From: Eledone cirrhosa
Lineage: Eukaryota
Reading direction: 5' to 3'
Assembly: GCA_964016885.1 (NCBI GenBank)
Contig: OZ024745.1
Coordinates: 26,226,001-26,290,000 of the forward strand
Length of the DNA stretch: 64,000 bases
Made by a program: the position numbers and the translations under genes. Position 1 is the stretch's first letter. Each line of letters starts with the position of its first letter. Positions 30,302-43,477 of the stretch are shown here, one piece after another. The notes below the pieces were generated by a model. It was not told the origin of the DNA, did no database searches, and saw only the letters and a program-made list of their open reading frames with translations.

Positions 30302-30366
30302 ATATATATATATGTATGTGTATATATATATATGTATGTGTATATATATATATATGTGTATGTATG

Positions 30367-30413
<47 letters not shown>

Positions 30414-30467
30414 ATATATATATATATATATGTGTATGTATATATATATATATATATATACGTATGT

Positions 30468-30848
30468 GCAGAATTCTAGGAGAAGGAAAACTCTGATATA
30501 ACACCTGCAACCCTGATGGTATCCAATGATGTTGACTTGTTCTTCTTTTTGGTAAATATCATCTTGGTTAAGAGAGTGGGACTGGCTTTGTGCAGTGCCT
30601 TTGCTCACTATAAAAGCTTCATGGTACAGGCATTGCTTTATATCTGGAGATCTCTCTGCACGTGTTGTCACATGGTACCATGGGCCCAGCACTATGTGTC
30701 AATAATTGTCACAGGTGCAGTGTTTGTACCAGAATTTTCAAGTCGCTGGCTGGACTAAAAAGTCACACCCGTTCAGCGTATCGGTAGGGGTTCTCCTACA
30801 TGGATATAAAGTAGTGGCCGTACTCGAAAACGAGTTGGCAGCCACCAT
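30468..30848 (+). mobile_element. Bipartite non-autonomous RTE element, 5'-truncated
   Basis: CTAGGAGAAGGAAAACTCTGA RTE-5'UTR-like motif; 3' end GGCCGTACTCGAAAACGAGTTGGCAGCCACCAT; matches 46151 and 46865. Confidence 0.7.
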
Positions 30849-30866
30849 ATACGTATGTATATGTAT

Positions 30867-30958
<92 letters not shown>

Positions 30959-31543
30959 GTATGTATATATATGTATACACACACACACACACATATATAT
31001 ATATAATATATATATATATATACGGTGTGTGTGTGTGTGTGGGGGGGGTAACATATATATCCAACCCCTTTCTCTTCCTACTGTAGCTCTTCTATTATTA
31101 CCAGAACCACCCGCCACCCTCCGTACTCCCTTATCATCTCTAGCAGTGGCACTAATGTCAAGCATTAACACTGTAATTCTGACGGTCGATTGCCACCTAG
31201 ATGACAGGGGCCATATACTGAACCATAGACCCTTAATAATAGTCCGGCTCTTGTAAGGTCCCGTAAAAAGTGAAACAAAAAGAAAAATAATATAACACCA
31301 AGATAAATAGCAAAAACAAAAACAAAAGCAAAACAATACAACAACAAAACATAAATAAAACAGAAAGAAGCGTTACAGGAGATTCATTTGAGAAGAAAGG
31401 AGAACAACGGGTCTGTATTATTTATCTCGATAAGCAGTTTAATAAGCGACAGAGAGCGTGGAAGTGGAGATCTTATCGATGCATATCATCTTAAAGTGTG
31501 TAGAGACGGTTGTGCTTCTAAGTTTAACATTAGTAATTACACA

Positions 31544-31937
<394 letters not shown>

Positions 31938-32384
31938 AATGTGTTAAGTTGCAAGTTAATTGCGTCCGAAGGCGGTATGCCGGGTGAGCACTCGATGCTC
32001 TTGGGGAGCAGAGTACCAATAGTATACTATCTATATACATTTTTTTAAAGTATAAAATATAAAACCACTAGTGTGATTATTTAAATAGGTAGAGGTAGCT
32101 ACGGAATTTTAATTATTTTGGGCTAGTTGCAGGTTTTATGTCTGCTCTTTTGTAAGGAAGGTGACACCTCCCGATATGTTTCGGTCTGTTTATATATGCT
32201 GAGTGGAGATTTTAACTGTACTTACCATGACTTAAGATGCTTGAGAGCTATAAACTTTGAGATGTGGAATACTCTAAATTAATAACAGAGGGAAATAACC
32301 CAAATATGCTTTTGCATCAAGGAGAAATAATTAAGTAGGGGCTAACATTGTCATGAACTGCAATATTAAAATTGTCAATTAATT

Positions 32385-32810
32385 GCATGAACCGGATTGA
32401 TATACGCAGCTGTGTTGGAAGTTGTATCAAGACCGGCGGGTGTAAAATCTGTTTGCTGGGATTTGAAAACAACATAGTATGACTTACCTCGACAGAAGGT
32501 GATCTTTAACATGCACTTGATAGATTTGATGCCAAGTACTGCATGGCTGGAATGAAAATTAGTGTTGCAAAAACTGAGACACTCGTTCTCTCAAGAAAGC
32601 CTGCTCAGTGCACTCTACATGTAAATGGATTACTACTGAAGCAGGCAGAGAAGTTCAAATATCTCGTGTCTGTGTTCACAAGTGATGGAAAGCAGAAGGT
32701 TGAATTAAGTGCAAGCATTTTAGGGGCTGTTGCAGTAATGCACCAGCTTCGGCATTCGGTAAACAGAAGAATGGGGTAGCTGTACAAGCCAAACTCAGCC
32801 TCTTCAATTC
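32385..32810 (+). mobile_element. Decayed RTE-like RT fragment
   Basis: GMKISVAKTETLVLSRK...KQAEKFKYLVSVFTSDGK. Confidence 0.7.
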
Positions 32811-34574
32811 GATATCAGTTAGAGAAAGTTGATTCTGACATGACCCACTGGATGGAGTGTCTTAGCACTCTGTCCCCAATGACCCTCTCATGATTAAGTG
32901 GGTGAAGAAGTGGATCCTCAAGGATAATATAGATCCACCATCTGTCTTAAACTGCCGGGACGCCATATATCCTCAGTCTGACAGTTTTCCTTGAGAGGTA
33001 TGTCGGATATAGGACAAGGACCTACCTCCAATGAGGTCCACTTTTTTTTTCGCTCGAAGCTCTCACTTTTTAAGAGGACTTCAACGCTGGCAAACTGTCT
33101 AGCACTTTGTATGTGGGTCACATTTGGCATTGCAAGGTTTGGAGCCTTAACCCCTAGAATAATAATACTAATAATCTTTTGACACAAACGCAAAAAAGCT
33201 GATTTAGAGGGCACAAAGATAAGTAAACACATGCTGTCGTGTTGAAATGAAATAAATAAAATGTTCCCAATCGGGAGGGGTTAACTATCTAGAGCTAGTC
33301 AAGGGAGCTTTGAAAACCTGGCACACACTATGCGTCAAGTGACATTGCTCTCGCGGCGTTCATGTGCATGATCAGTGTAAGTCCATTCGCTCGGGTCGCA
33401 TTCCTAACTTTTACCCAGCTTTCAACAAATTTCTTGGAAAGAGCAGCACTCCCCTCTCCACTCTTAACTTCTTTTCCCAGTGAAATTTGAAAATACTGAC
33501 GAGGGATTGGCTGAGAAGTAATGTATTTCTCGTCACTCCGTTAAGTTGCACCCACCACACAGTCTAAATTCAATACTGTACCAGGTTACAAATCCTTCCC
33601 ATGAAGTTAGTGGGGAGGGGGATATCACAGAGAACAAGAAAAAAGACAATATATTGTTCAATTTTGTTTTCGGATGGTGGGGTCTAAATCGCTTACATCG
33701 ACCCCAGTTCTTAACCACTACTTTATTTTATCGACCCCGAAAGTTGCCCTCAGCGAGATTTGAACTCATAACTTTAAGAAGTAGAACAAATACCCTAAAT
33801 CATTCCCATCCCCCGCGACACTTTTAACGATTCTGCTACTCCAGCGCCCTACTACAAGTTAATAATATAGATGTTATTTTAAAGTCAAAAATGGTGAGTA
33901 ACTTGAGGATTTAAACGAAGCAATTATTTGTCTAGATTGGGAGTAACTTTCTTAATAACAATATCATGTTTCTGACAAGTTCGATTTTTAACATTTGAAA
34001 TGTAATTGTAAACCCCAGTAATATTCCACACGAAACGAAACTATAAATCTTTATTTTGGCTTTGGTTGGGGTGAGGTTAAATCAAGTAGCAAATTTATAT
34101 TGTCACTAAATTTGACGAAAGGAAATGTAAAAGAAAATATCTACTGTTGAACTAGAAAAGGATTTAAGGGTCATGATTCAGCAGTAGAAGTTTAGAAGGG
34201 GTTATATTCTTCTCCATCTAAAAAGTGTAAATGGCTATATATTTTTATCTCATTCCTTTTTTTTTCTCTTTTTTGTTTAGTTTTATTTGTATTATATTTG
34301 TAAGCAAACCACCTTTTGTTTTTATTTGCTACATATCATCTATAGCTAGAAACTGTGTGGACAGATAGCAATGTAAGGTTCTAGTTTTCATATCTCTTCG
34401 TTGTCTTTTTATGATATTCATGTCTAAGTCACTAAGAAAAGATACAGTTCACATTCTTATGTATATCTCATATATAGATTTTAATAGCTTTTTTGTCAGT
34501 CAGCAATGCCGAGTTCGAATTCTCCCAAGGAGAATGTATTCCACTAGTAAGAATTGTTCTAGATATTTTAAATT

Positions 34575-35005
34575 GCGAGAGTGTATCAGATAAAGGCTCG
34601 GCAGTATTTGTTCCGTCTCTTTATGTTCTGAGTTCAAATCCTGCTGAAGTTAACTTTGCCTATCACCTTTTCGAGGTCGATGAAATAAAATAGCAGTGAT
34701 GTACCGGTTCGATATAATCGATTTTCCACTCCACCCCCAAAATTGTTGGCCTTGTACCCATGTAAGAAGGAATTATTCATACGATAAATGTTGTTGGTTT
34801 GGTAGAGTCGTTTGACTGTGGAACAATTGTTTAGAAGTATTTGTTGCAGCTCTTTATATTCTGAGTTCAAATACCACCGAAGTCAACGTTATCTTTCATC
34901 TGTAAGTGTCCGATAAAATATAATACCACTCAAGTACTGGGGTCGATATAATAGATTCTCACTTTCCTTCATAATTGATGGCCATGTGTTAAAATTAGAA
35001 GCTAT
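34575..35005 (+). mobile_element. Two diverged long-form tRNA-SINEs
   Basis: CTGAGTTCAAAT B-boxes and Meta-like cores at about 34630 and 34860. Confidence 0.7.
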
Positions 35006-35659
35006 AATTTATACAAAAAAAAAATTGTTATCTTTAGCTTCTCTTTGGCTTGTAAGCAGGCGTTTCTTGTCTGCCAATAGTACGAGATTGGGCTGAACAG
35101 TTTATAGGCTGACTGTGAATGAGTTATGCGAGATCTGTGAAATCTTGCATGCACTAATTTTATGTGGTTTGGCGAAATTTCTAAACGGTTGATTTGCTTT
35201 TCAGTTTTTGGTGTGGCTTTTTGGATTCTGAGTTGATGCTTCGATATGATCTACTTAGATGGCAGACTTAATTCGTTTCTGGGTTTAATACTACAATCTG
35301 GTCCTTAGATACTTATAATAAAGATCTCCCTCTTGCAAGCACTTCGGCCATGCCTATGGCATCTCCTTATAGGCACTACGATATTATTTTCGACTAAACA
35401 GGTAACAAATATATTGTATCAAATGCAATGGGATTCTGAAGAAATAGAGACCATGACAATTTTCCTTTAACCCACTTGAATACACCTGTGTCTAATCAAG
35501 AAGTAATCAATGATTATAATAAGTTAGTAATAATGATTATAGCCCGAATTTTACTCATTTATCGCTAGAGGTTTCCTTGCTTTCCGTCTTTCCCGGATCT
35601 CTAGAATAATAATATAATCACCAGTAAGAACGTTGTGGGATTTTTAATATACTACATAT

Positions 35660-35990
35660 TCCAGTCATTTGGCGGCTTATAAAACGAACCTTTTTTAAAG
35701 AAAATATCCCAGAAAATACCCTGCGTCATATAAGATCTAGGGTCAGTTTGGATTTCTACACCAACAATCACATCTCTTCTCTAAAAGGTTACAATTTTGA
35801 TAAATTTCATGATGAATAAAGTAAATAAATTTTCATACTTCCTTATGTTTTAAAAATGTACTAAAATATTACAACTAGAATTACGATGTATGAACGTTAT
35901 ACCCTTCACCTGGCATTGTAGTTTAAAGCGTTTAATGTTTTTAATTTCTGCCAAAATTGAGGTACGACTTATAAGCCGCCAAATAACTTT
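35660..35990. mobile_element. MITE-like element with inverted repeats
   Basis: ATTTGGCGGCTTATAA at 35667 and TTATAAGCCGCCAAAT at 35969. Confidence 0.55.
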
Positions 35991-38454
35991 AACATATAAT
36001 CAATAAGAATCAATAATAGTTACACATTTTCTTATTAACAAAGACAATGCCATTGTTGTTGTTGTTAAGGTCGGACCAACTGTTAAAACATATGTTTTTA
36101 AAATGTCTTTAATATGAACTGAAGACAAACAAAGATAACACAAATAATTACCAAACAATCTATCACCCACATCGATATCTATACAGATATTATGGGATTT
36201 TAAAAATGTAGATATTACATGAAAGTGCCTCTGCTAGATTCCGGAAGTTGTAACATTTCAAATCTACTTGATACAGATGGTCTCCAAAGCATTAATGTTT
36301 ATCTAACTTTGATGCGTGAATTATATATTTTTTTCCATAGAACTTCTAACCGACCTCTCAAGAGGCGTTTTAACATCCATGCGTGTCTGCGCGTGGGTGA
36401 GCCATGTTGAAAGCAGTGTGAAATGTTTTTCAAATATGGTACAACAGATCCCCAGACAGGATGTTGCTTGACATAATATATAATACTTTCGATCGTTGAA
36501 GCTTTATTATATAAATACGACCATGTGGTTTTGTGTTAATATATCAGTATATCACTGTATAGGTATGTGTGTGGTGTATGCGTTTGTGTGTTCTTTCAGA
36601 ACTTTTTTTTTTGTTAAAATGAAAAAGCAAACATTTTAAGAATAACAAAATTCCTTACCGTTTTGAATATCCCAATAGTACCATTAGTTTTTTTTCTAAA
36701 CTGCTGGTGAATTCAGAGAAAAGAAAACCTGATCATTATAGCAAATCTAACTGGCAAATAAAACCTGTTTCCTTTGACAATACGTAAATAAGAAGATAGT
36801 GACAATTGTTAAAGTTAGATTCCATTTCATGTTTATCTTAAATGTAGCAAATTCTAGAAGACATAGTGGATAGATTTTACTTGCGATCAGGTAAAAGTAA
36901 TTCGTTCAGATGAACATTCAGACGTACCTAATAACATTGAAAACGTTAATAAGTGCTATACATTTTAGAACATTGTGTAAGAATGTTAATGATTTAATAT
37001 GAGTTTAACAAATTGACCGTTTTCGGTATACTACGAAAATTCATTTTATACTTTCATATATGTTTTATATGAATATATATTTTCTAAATATATATATCAT
37101 TAGGTACATTTTTACATATGATATACATTTTGGATCGGGCAACATGCTTATGTGGAGAACCTCTAGGTAGTGACTTGAACTGCTAAAAATAGGGACCCAA
37201 TCTTTTGCAAATGTCTGCCTACCGTTCTAAACATGAATGGTAATTAGGACCTAAATGTAGACCTATATGCACTATGTATAAGATATAAAGACGTGATTGT
37301 CACGGCTAGAATATCGCTGATCATTAATCTACTCGATCAGAGATTACTTAAAGCTATATAAGTACAATAGCAACAGTTTAAAAAGAAATAAAGAAATTAA
37401 TAAAATGAAATTGCTCAAAAATCGGAAGTGAGAGTGAAATATACTTATTTCCTTACCAAGGCAGGGGACATAACATTTTTTATTTACTTGCATATAACTG
37501 TCTTTATTTTTTATGAAGAGTAAGTAATATATAATACAAATGAGAAATATAAAATATATAAAATTTTCATACATGTATGGTACATAAAGATTCATTTTTT
37601 TTTTTGTAGAGAGAAAAGTATTGGGTGAAAATTACACACGCACACACACACTCACACACACACACACACACACACACACGCATGCATGTACCGCACACAC
37701 GCTTTCACACATAATAGATGTCATGTCACATCAATACATTGTCTATAGTTGTTTGAAACATGTAATGAAATGGTTACAATTCACTTAACCGTCAATGGTC
37801 TTCTTGAAACAAGCCAGTCACCTCTCGCCTCAAGTCCAATACGTTCGACGATGCATTAGCGAAATATAGAGATCCTCACAAATATCACGTGAGAACCTAA
37901 AGGACAATGAACCGGAAGCACGCTCGGATGACTATTTTCACGGACCATTGACTGAGGATATTCAGCTGGATTGACACACATACGCACTTAGACATCCACA
38001 TTGAAACGCAGTGCGCGCGAGATAGAGACATTTGGGGGAGAGAGAGTCAAACATATAGATCTGTATGCTTTTGAGAGTATTTAGACACGAACACATATAC
38101 ATACATGCACACATAAGTATATGAATATATGTGTGCGTGTGTATATACATAAATACACATGGACGCACACACCATATATATATATATACTGTATATACAT
38201 ATACATATATATATATATGTATATATGTGTGAAAAGGAAAAGAATGACTTCACTTGTAGTTGGTATTCTATAACAATTTGATTTTATAATTTTACAATTT
38301 TATGATTTTACAATTTTGCTATGAAGATCTAATAAGTCCTTTGTTAACTTCGGTGGAAAGTTTTTTTTAAATCCTGGTTAACTTTCTGAAGAACTGTAAA
38401 ATTATAAAATTATATATATATATATATGTGTAATCTGAGTTTTTCGAATATTAA

Positions 38455-38652
38455 TAATTGTTTCTACTTTTGGCACAAGGCCAGTAATCACCCAGTACAT
38501 TACTGGTACTTTATTTTATCCACCCCGTAAGGATGAAAGGCAAAGTTAACCTTGGCGGGATTTGAACTCAGAATGGCAAGGGTCGTAACTCTATGAGTCA
38601 AAGCATGGCGTTCGTCCGATACTACCAATCCACTGCCCTTACTGCCAATCCA
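38455..38652 (-). mobile_element. Short-form tRNA-SINE
   Basis: Full copy with a duplicated head piece. Confidence 0.85.
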
Positions 38653-38760
38653 CTTATTAATAATAACATTCGATTCGTTTATAATTATGCAAACAAGCCT
38701 CATTTTTAAAGCCATGTCAGTAGAATAAGCCCCTCATTCCTGCTCTTTTGTTGGCATGTA

Positions 38761-38820
38761 AACAGAACTGCAGACACTAATGTTTCTAGGTTTCACCCTT
38801 CATCAGTACAGCTCACTGTT
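38761..38820 (-). ncRNA. Type-I hammerhead ribozyme (left arm)
   Basis: GAGCTGTA-CTGATGA-AGGGTGAAACCTA-GAAA-CATTAGTG-TC-TGCAGTTC. Confidence 0.75.
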
Positions 38821-38929
38821 CACCTGCCAACTATCAGAGCTACTGAAAATATATGCTAATTTCTAAAATATACAGATCTGATTGATCAACCAGTCTGCTA
38901 ATAGTCAGTCACTGTATAGTTGGCAGGTG

Positions 38930-38989
38930 AACAGTGAGCTGTACTGATGAAGGGTGATACCCTGAAAGATTAGTGTCTGCAGTTCTGTT
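38930..38989 (+). ncRNA. Type-I hammerhead ribozyme (right arm)
   Basis: GAGCTGTA-CTGATGA-AGGGT gat ACCCT-GAAA-GATTAGTG-TC-TGCAGTTC; 8-bp helix I. Confidence 0.75.
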
Positions 38990-39090
38990 TACATCCCAAC
39001 ACAAGAGCAAGAATGAGGGGTTCATTCTACTGATATGGCTTTAAAAATGAGTTTTTTTTGCATAATTGCAAACGAATCGAATGTTATTAT

Positions 39091-39200
39091 TATCCCGCCG
39101 AGGTTGACTTTGCCTTTCATCCTTACGGGGTCGATAAAATAAAGTACCAGTAATGCACTGGGTAATTGCTGGCCTTGTGCCTAAAGTAGAAACAATTATT
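39091..39200 (+). mobile_element. tRNA-SINE 3' half
   Basis: Starts ATCCCGCCGAGG. Confidence 0.85.
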
Positions 39201-39274
39201 AATATTCGAAAAACTCAGATTACATTTATTGTATTCAGCTATGTAGAGCGAAAAAGAATATATATATTTATTGT

Positions 39275-39389
<115 letters not shown>

Positions 39390-39418
39390 CAATAAAAGGA
39401 TCAGTCAGATATATATAT

Positions 39419-40163
39419 ATTTCTATTTATTGCCACTAGGGCGCAAAAGAAGGGGACAAATACAAGGGGGGGGGGAGTTTACACAAAAAGGCGAGTAAAG
39501 AAAACAAATAAATATAAAATTAACAATAATTTCCCAAAAGGGAGGAGGCGTTTTGGGGGGTCGCACACACCCCCGCATAAAGTGTGCAACCCTTCTTCTC
39601 AGGAGCACAGAGAGAGGGTGCTCCCTCGTTCCTTCATCTTTTCCACCTACAGGCTGATGTAGAGAGAAGGCCCATTCACACGGGCCATTCTCGCCACTTT
39701 CACCCACCTTTCATAAAAACGACTGGGGTGGAGCACCTCTCTCTCCATCCTGATCCTTCTTCCGAAATGATATCGGAAGAAATGGATCAGTTGTTGGCCA
39801 GAGAGAAAGTTGCCTGACCTGAGTCCTTTCAGACGCGTCAACCATACAACCTCTTTCACTATGGCTATTACGCATAGAAACACCGCCTCTCCTTCATTTT
39901 TGAAGGGGGAGGCGGCTTAATCGTTACAATGGCTTCGGTGGTCAACCGGATCGGTCCCACCCGTAACAGCAGTCGTTCGACATAGCCCCACAGATCGGCT
40001 GCGCCCGAGCAGTGTACCAATGCGTGTGCAACGGTTTCCTCGTCGCACACGCATCTGGGACAGATCTTTTTGGCGGGGTTCATACCCGGGCGCCCGTGTC
40101 TGTAGAGCCTTTCTCGAACGGGTAGAGGCCCTCAGTAGCACTGCCAGGCTAGGGACTTCTGGA
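39419..40163 (-). mobile_element. L1/Tx1-like LINE 3' fragment
   Basis: CPRCVCDEETVAHALVHC zinc knuckle, KEVVWLTR motif, frameshifted; AATAAA near the end; 15-bp TSD AGTCAGATATATATA at 39403 and 40164. Confidence 0.8.
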
Positions 40164-40690
40164 AGTCAGATATATATAGTGAAAGAAAAAGAGATAGATG
40201 GGTAGAGAGATAGAGAGATAGATAGATAGAGGGAGAGAGACTGGGAAAAGAGAAACAAACAATCAGAGAGAAAGGAGAGAATTATATTTACGCACACGCA
40301 AAATCATGCCCGAATTCATCCAACACACCATAAAATTAACATAGAATACGAATACAAACTGATGCCTGTGTGCTCGTTGCTGCTAATTTTATATTCCTAT
40401 ATGCATTGTTATTGTTGTCTTTAGCAGCTCTACCTGAGCTATGATTAAGCAGGTCTGTTATCAAATGTGTTCTATATGGTGAAGATCCTGAAAATAAGTC
40501 TTAGCTTGAAAATCATAGAGTCCCCCTCTCTCCCACCCACCGAAAAGAAAAACCAAAACTTTTGTATAAAGGGGCTAATTTGTTAGTGATTTGGCTGCAT
40601 ATTCTAGTAGGTGGTATGACCGCACTATGGTTTTTGCTGAATCCATGTTCATTGATATATGAACGGGAATGTCCATCATATATATATATA

Positions 40691-41278
40691 CTAGCAGTGG
40701 TACCCGGCGTTGCACGGGATAAGGTATTTTGGAACGAGGGTGCCAATCGTGGAAAAACTGTATACGTGGACAATATGTAAAGAAAATAAACCGAATACTC
40801 TGATGGCTGGATAATCGTTAAGAATTTCCTCGACGAAGCAGGAAAAATGCAGGTTTTCCCCTAATGAGGGCCCTAGGGGATCAAGAAAATGAGTTTTTTT
40901 TAATGTGCATAATATGCCTTGAAATTTCGGGAAAATCGGCTAGACGTAATGCCTCAAAAAAGCCCTAAAAAGCTGAAAAAAATGAAGTTTTTCACCTAAT
41001 GCGAGCCCTAGACCATAAAAAAGTTGGATTTTCTTTGCTCTCAGTATGAAGAAGAGACTGACTAATACATAGTTACAATTTCAAGGAAATATGTCTGACG
41101 TAACGACTAAAAAACCCCCTAAAAACCTGAAAAAAACACAGTTTTTCAACTAATGTGGGCTCTAGGGGATCAAAAAGTTGAATTTTTTATGTGCATAACA
41201 CTCCCTGAAACATAAGTAATACTCATATAAAGTTTGAAAAAAGTCGGTTGCGTACTTCTCGAGTTTTAGGGATTCAAA

Positions 41279-41319
<41 letters not shown>

Positions 41320-41827
41320 ACACACACACACACACACATCCTGAGGGAGGTGACGTAATGCAGACAATCAGGCCTACAGACAGATATTATAAGGGCGCGA
41401 CGTTATATGTATGTATCTATGTAAAAAGAGAAAGACTAAGAATTATAGCGAGAGATCGCCAAATCGCCTAATGCGGTCCCTAGAGCATTGAGAATTTGAA
41501 ATTATTTTTGCTCAGAACACTTCCTGAAACATAAGTATTATATGTGTGTATCGGTAGAGGGTTGGACGCCATGCTTTATAGCATAGTTACGTCCCTTTAC
41601 AGTCTGAGTTCAAATCCCGCCGAGGTTAACTTTGCCTTTCATCCTTACGGGGTCGATAAAATAAAGTACCAGTAATGTACTGGGTATTTGCTGGCCTTGT
41701 GCCTAAGTTAGAAACAATCATATGTGTAAAGTTTGAAAACAGTCGGTTGCGTGGTTCTTGAGTTTTAGGGATTAAAACTCACACACACACAGACAGACAT
41801 CATCAGTTTTATATATATATATATATA
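40691..41827 (-). mobile_element. Non-autonomous Helitron-like element
   Basis: Minus-strand 3' end CCCGTGCAACGCCGGG hairpin then CTAG|T; 5' end TATATATAAAACTG followed by (TGTC)/(TG)n; internal tandem duplications. Confidence 0.7.
41547..41720 (+). mobile_element. Short-form tRNA-SINE nested in the Helitron
   Basis: ATATGTGT duplicated at both sides. Confidence 0.85.
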
Positions 41828-42096
41828 TAGGAAAAGGTTCAGGACCCCGACGGCAGAGCTCAAGCCGTTTCGACTGCTATTTCTGGACTAAATTCAATTT
41901 TTAGCGTGGTAATGAAATGGCTATTTCATTACTACGCTAAAAATTGAATTTAGTCCAGAAATAGCCATCGAAACGGCTTGAGCTCTGCCGTCGGGATCCT
42001 GAACATTTTCCTATTACCCAGTCTACTACCCAAAGTATCGAAGTAACTCTGGTGCGTTATGGTCCACCTGGTTCCTTATCACACTTCCTTCATTAT
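41828..42096 (+). mobile_element. Fold-back family B copy with 186-bp palindrome plus tail
   Basis: Arms 41828-41920 and 41921-42013, tail to 42096. Confidence 0.85.
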
Positions 42097-42098
42097 AT

Positions 42099-42200
42099 AT
42101 CCCGCCGAGGTCAATTTGCCTTTCAATCCTTACGGGGTCGATAAAATAAAGTACCAGTAATGTACTGGGTATTTGCTGGCCTTGTGCCAAAAGTAGAAAC

Positions 42201-42205
<5 letters not shown>
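42099..42205 (+). mobile_element. tRNA-SINE 3' half
   Basis: Starts ATCCCGCCGAGG. Confidence 0.85.
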
Positions 42206-42236
<31 letters not shown>

Positions 42237-42411
42237 ACAGGGAGAAAGAGACGATTATGAGGAAGAACATTTTTTTTTTTCATTTTTTTGTCTCTCTCTC
42301 TTTTCTGGGTTAGAAAATGATTAAAACGAAACGTTTTACTTTGTGTGAAGTGTTAAGGTATTAGTTGATTTATTTATTATTTAACAATGGCATTTATTTA
42401 TATATATATAA

Positions 42412-42598
42412 TATAATTGTTTCTACTTTAGGCACAAGGCCAGCAATTACCCAGTGCATTACTGGTACTTTATTTTATCGACCCCGTAAGGATGAAAGGC
42501 AAAGTCAACCTCGGCGGGATTTGAACTCAGATCGTAAAGGGACGTAACTATGCTGGAAAGCATGGCGTCCGACCCTCTACCGATACTGCCAATCCACC
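42412..42598 (-). mobile_element. Short-form tRNA-SINE
   Basis: Full copy. Confidence 0.9.
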
Positions 42599-42604
42599 AT
42601 TACA

Positions 42605-43150
42605 ATAATATAATATTACAATAATATAATATAATATAATATAATATAATATAATATAATATAATATAATATAATATAATATAATATAATATAATATAAT
42701 ATAATATAATATAATATAATATAATATAATATAATATAACATAATATAACATAACATAACATAACATAACATAACATAACATAACATAACATAACATAAC
42801 ATAACATAACATAACATAACATAACATAACATAACATAACATAACATAACATAACATAACATAACATAACATAATATAATATAATATAATATAATATAAT
42901 ATAATATAATTGAATATAATTGAATATAATTGAATATAATATAATATAATATAATATAATATAATATAATATAATATAATATAATATAATATAATATAAT
43001 ATAATATAATATAATATAATATAATATAATATAATATAATATAATATAATTGAATATAATATAATATAATTGAATATAATATAATATAATTGAATATAAT
43101 ATAATATAATTGAATATAATATAATATAATTGAATATAATATAATATAAT
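42605..43150. repeat. (ATATA)n/(ACATA)n pentanucleotide array
   Basis: Direct read. Confidence 0.95.
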
Positions 43151-43426
43151 ATAATTGAATATAAAAGAAAGATAAACACAGATATATACATACATGTGTT
43201 CAAATCGTAAGGGACCAGATTCGCTAGGGTAAAAAAATACTAACTATTAACATTAGGGTTTGCCAGACTCAATTTCAAATAATAAATCAAGAGAAAAAAA
43301 TAAAAACCGATTTGAACACATATATGTTTATATCTGTGTTTATCTTTCTTTTATATTCAATTATATTACACGGCTCAGAAAAACCTCTTTCTTTGAGCTA
43401 TTTAATTATAAGCGACTATTTTGAGT

Positions 43427-43430
<4 letters not shown>
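43147..43430. mobile_element. Fold-back element (arm, spacer, arm, tail)
   Basis: 43147-43207 is the inverse of 43308-43368; tail to 43430 then (TA)n. Confidence 0.7.

Positions 43431-43477
<47 letters not shown>

Larger units (their letters stand above)
38428..39262. mobile_element. Fold-back element family C with a SINE in each arm
   Basis: Arms 38428-38834 and 38916-39225 are inverse complementary; tail of about 35 bp; (TA)n flanks. Confidence 0.8.
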
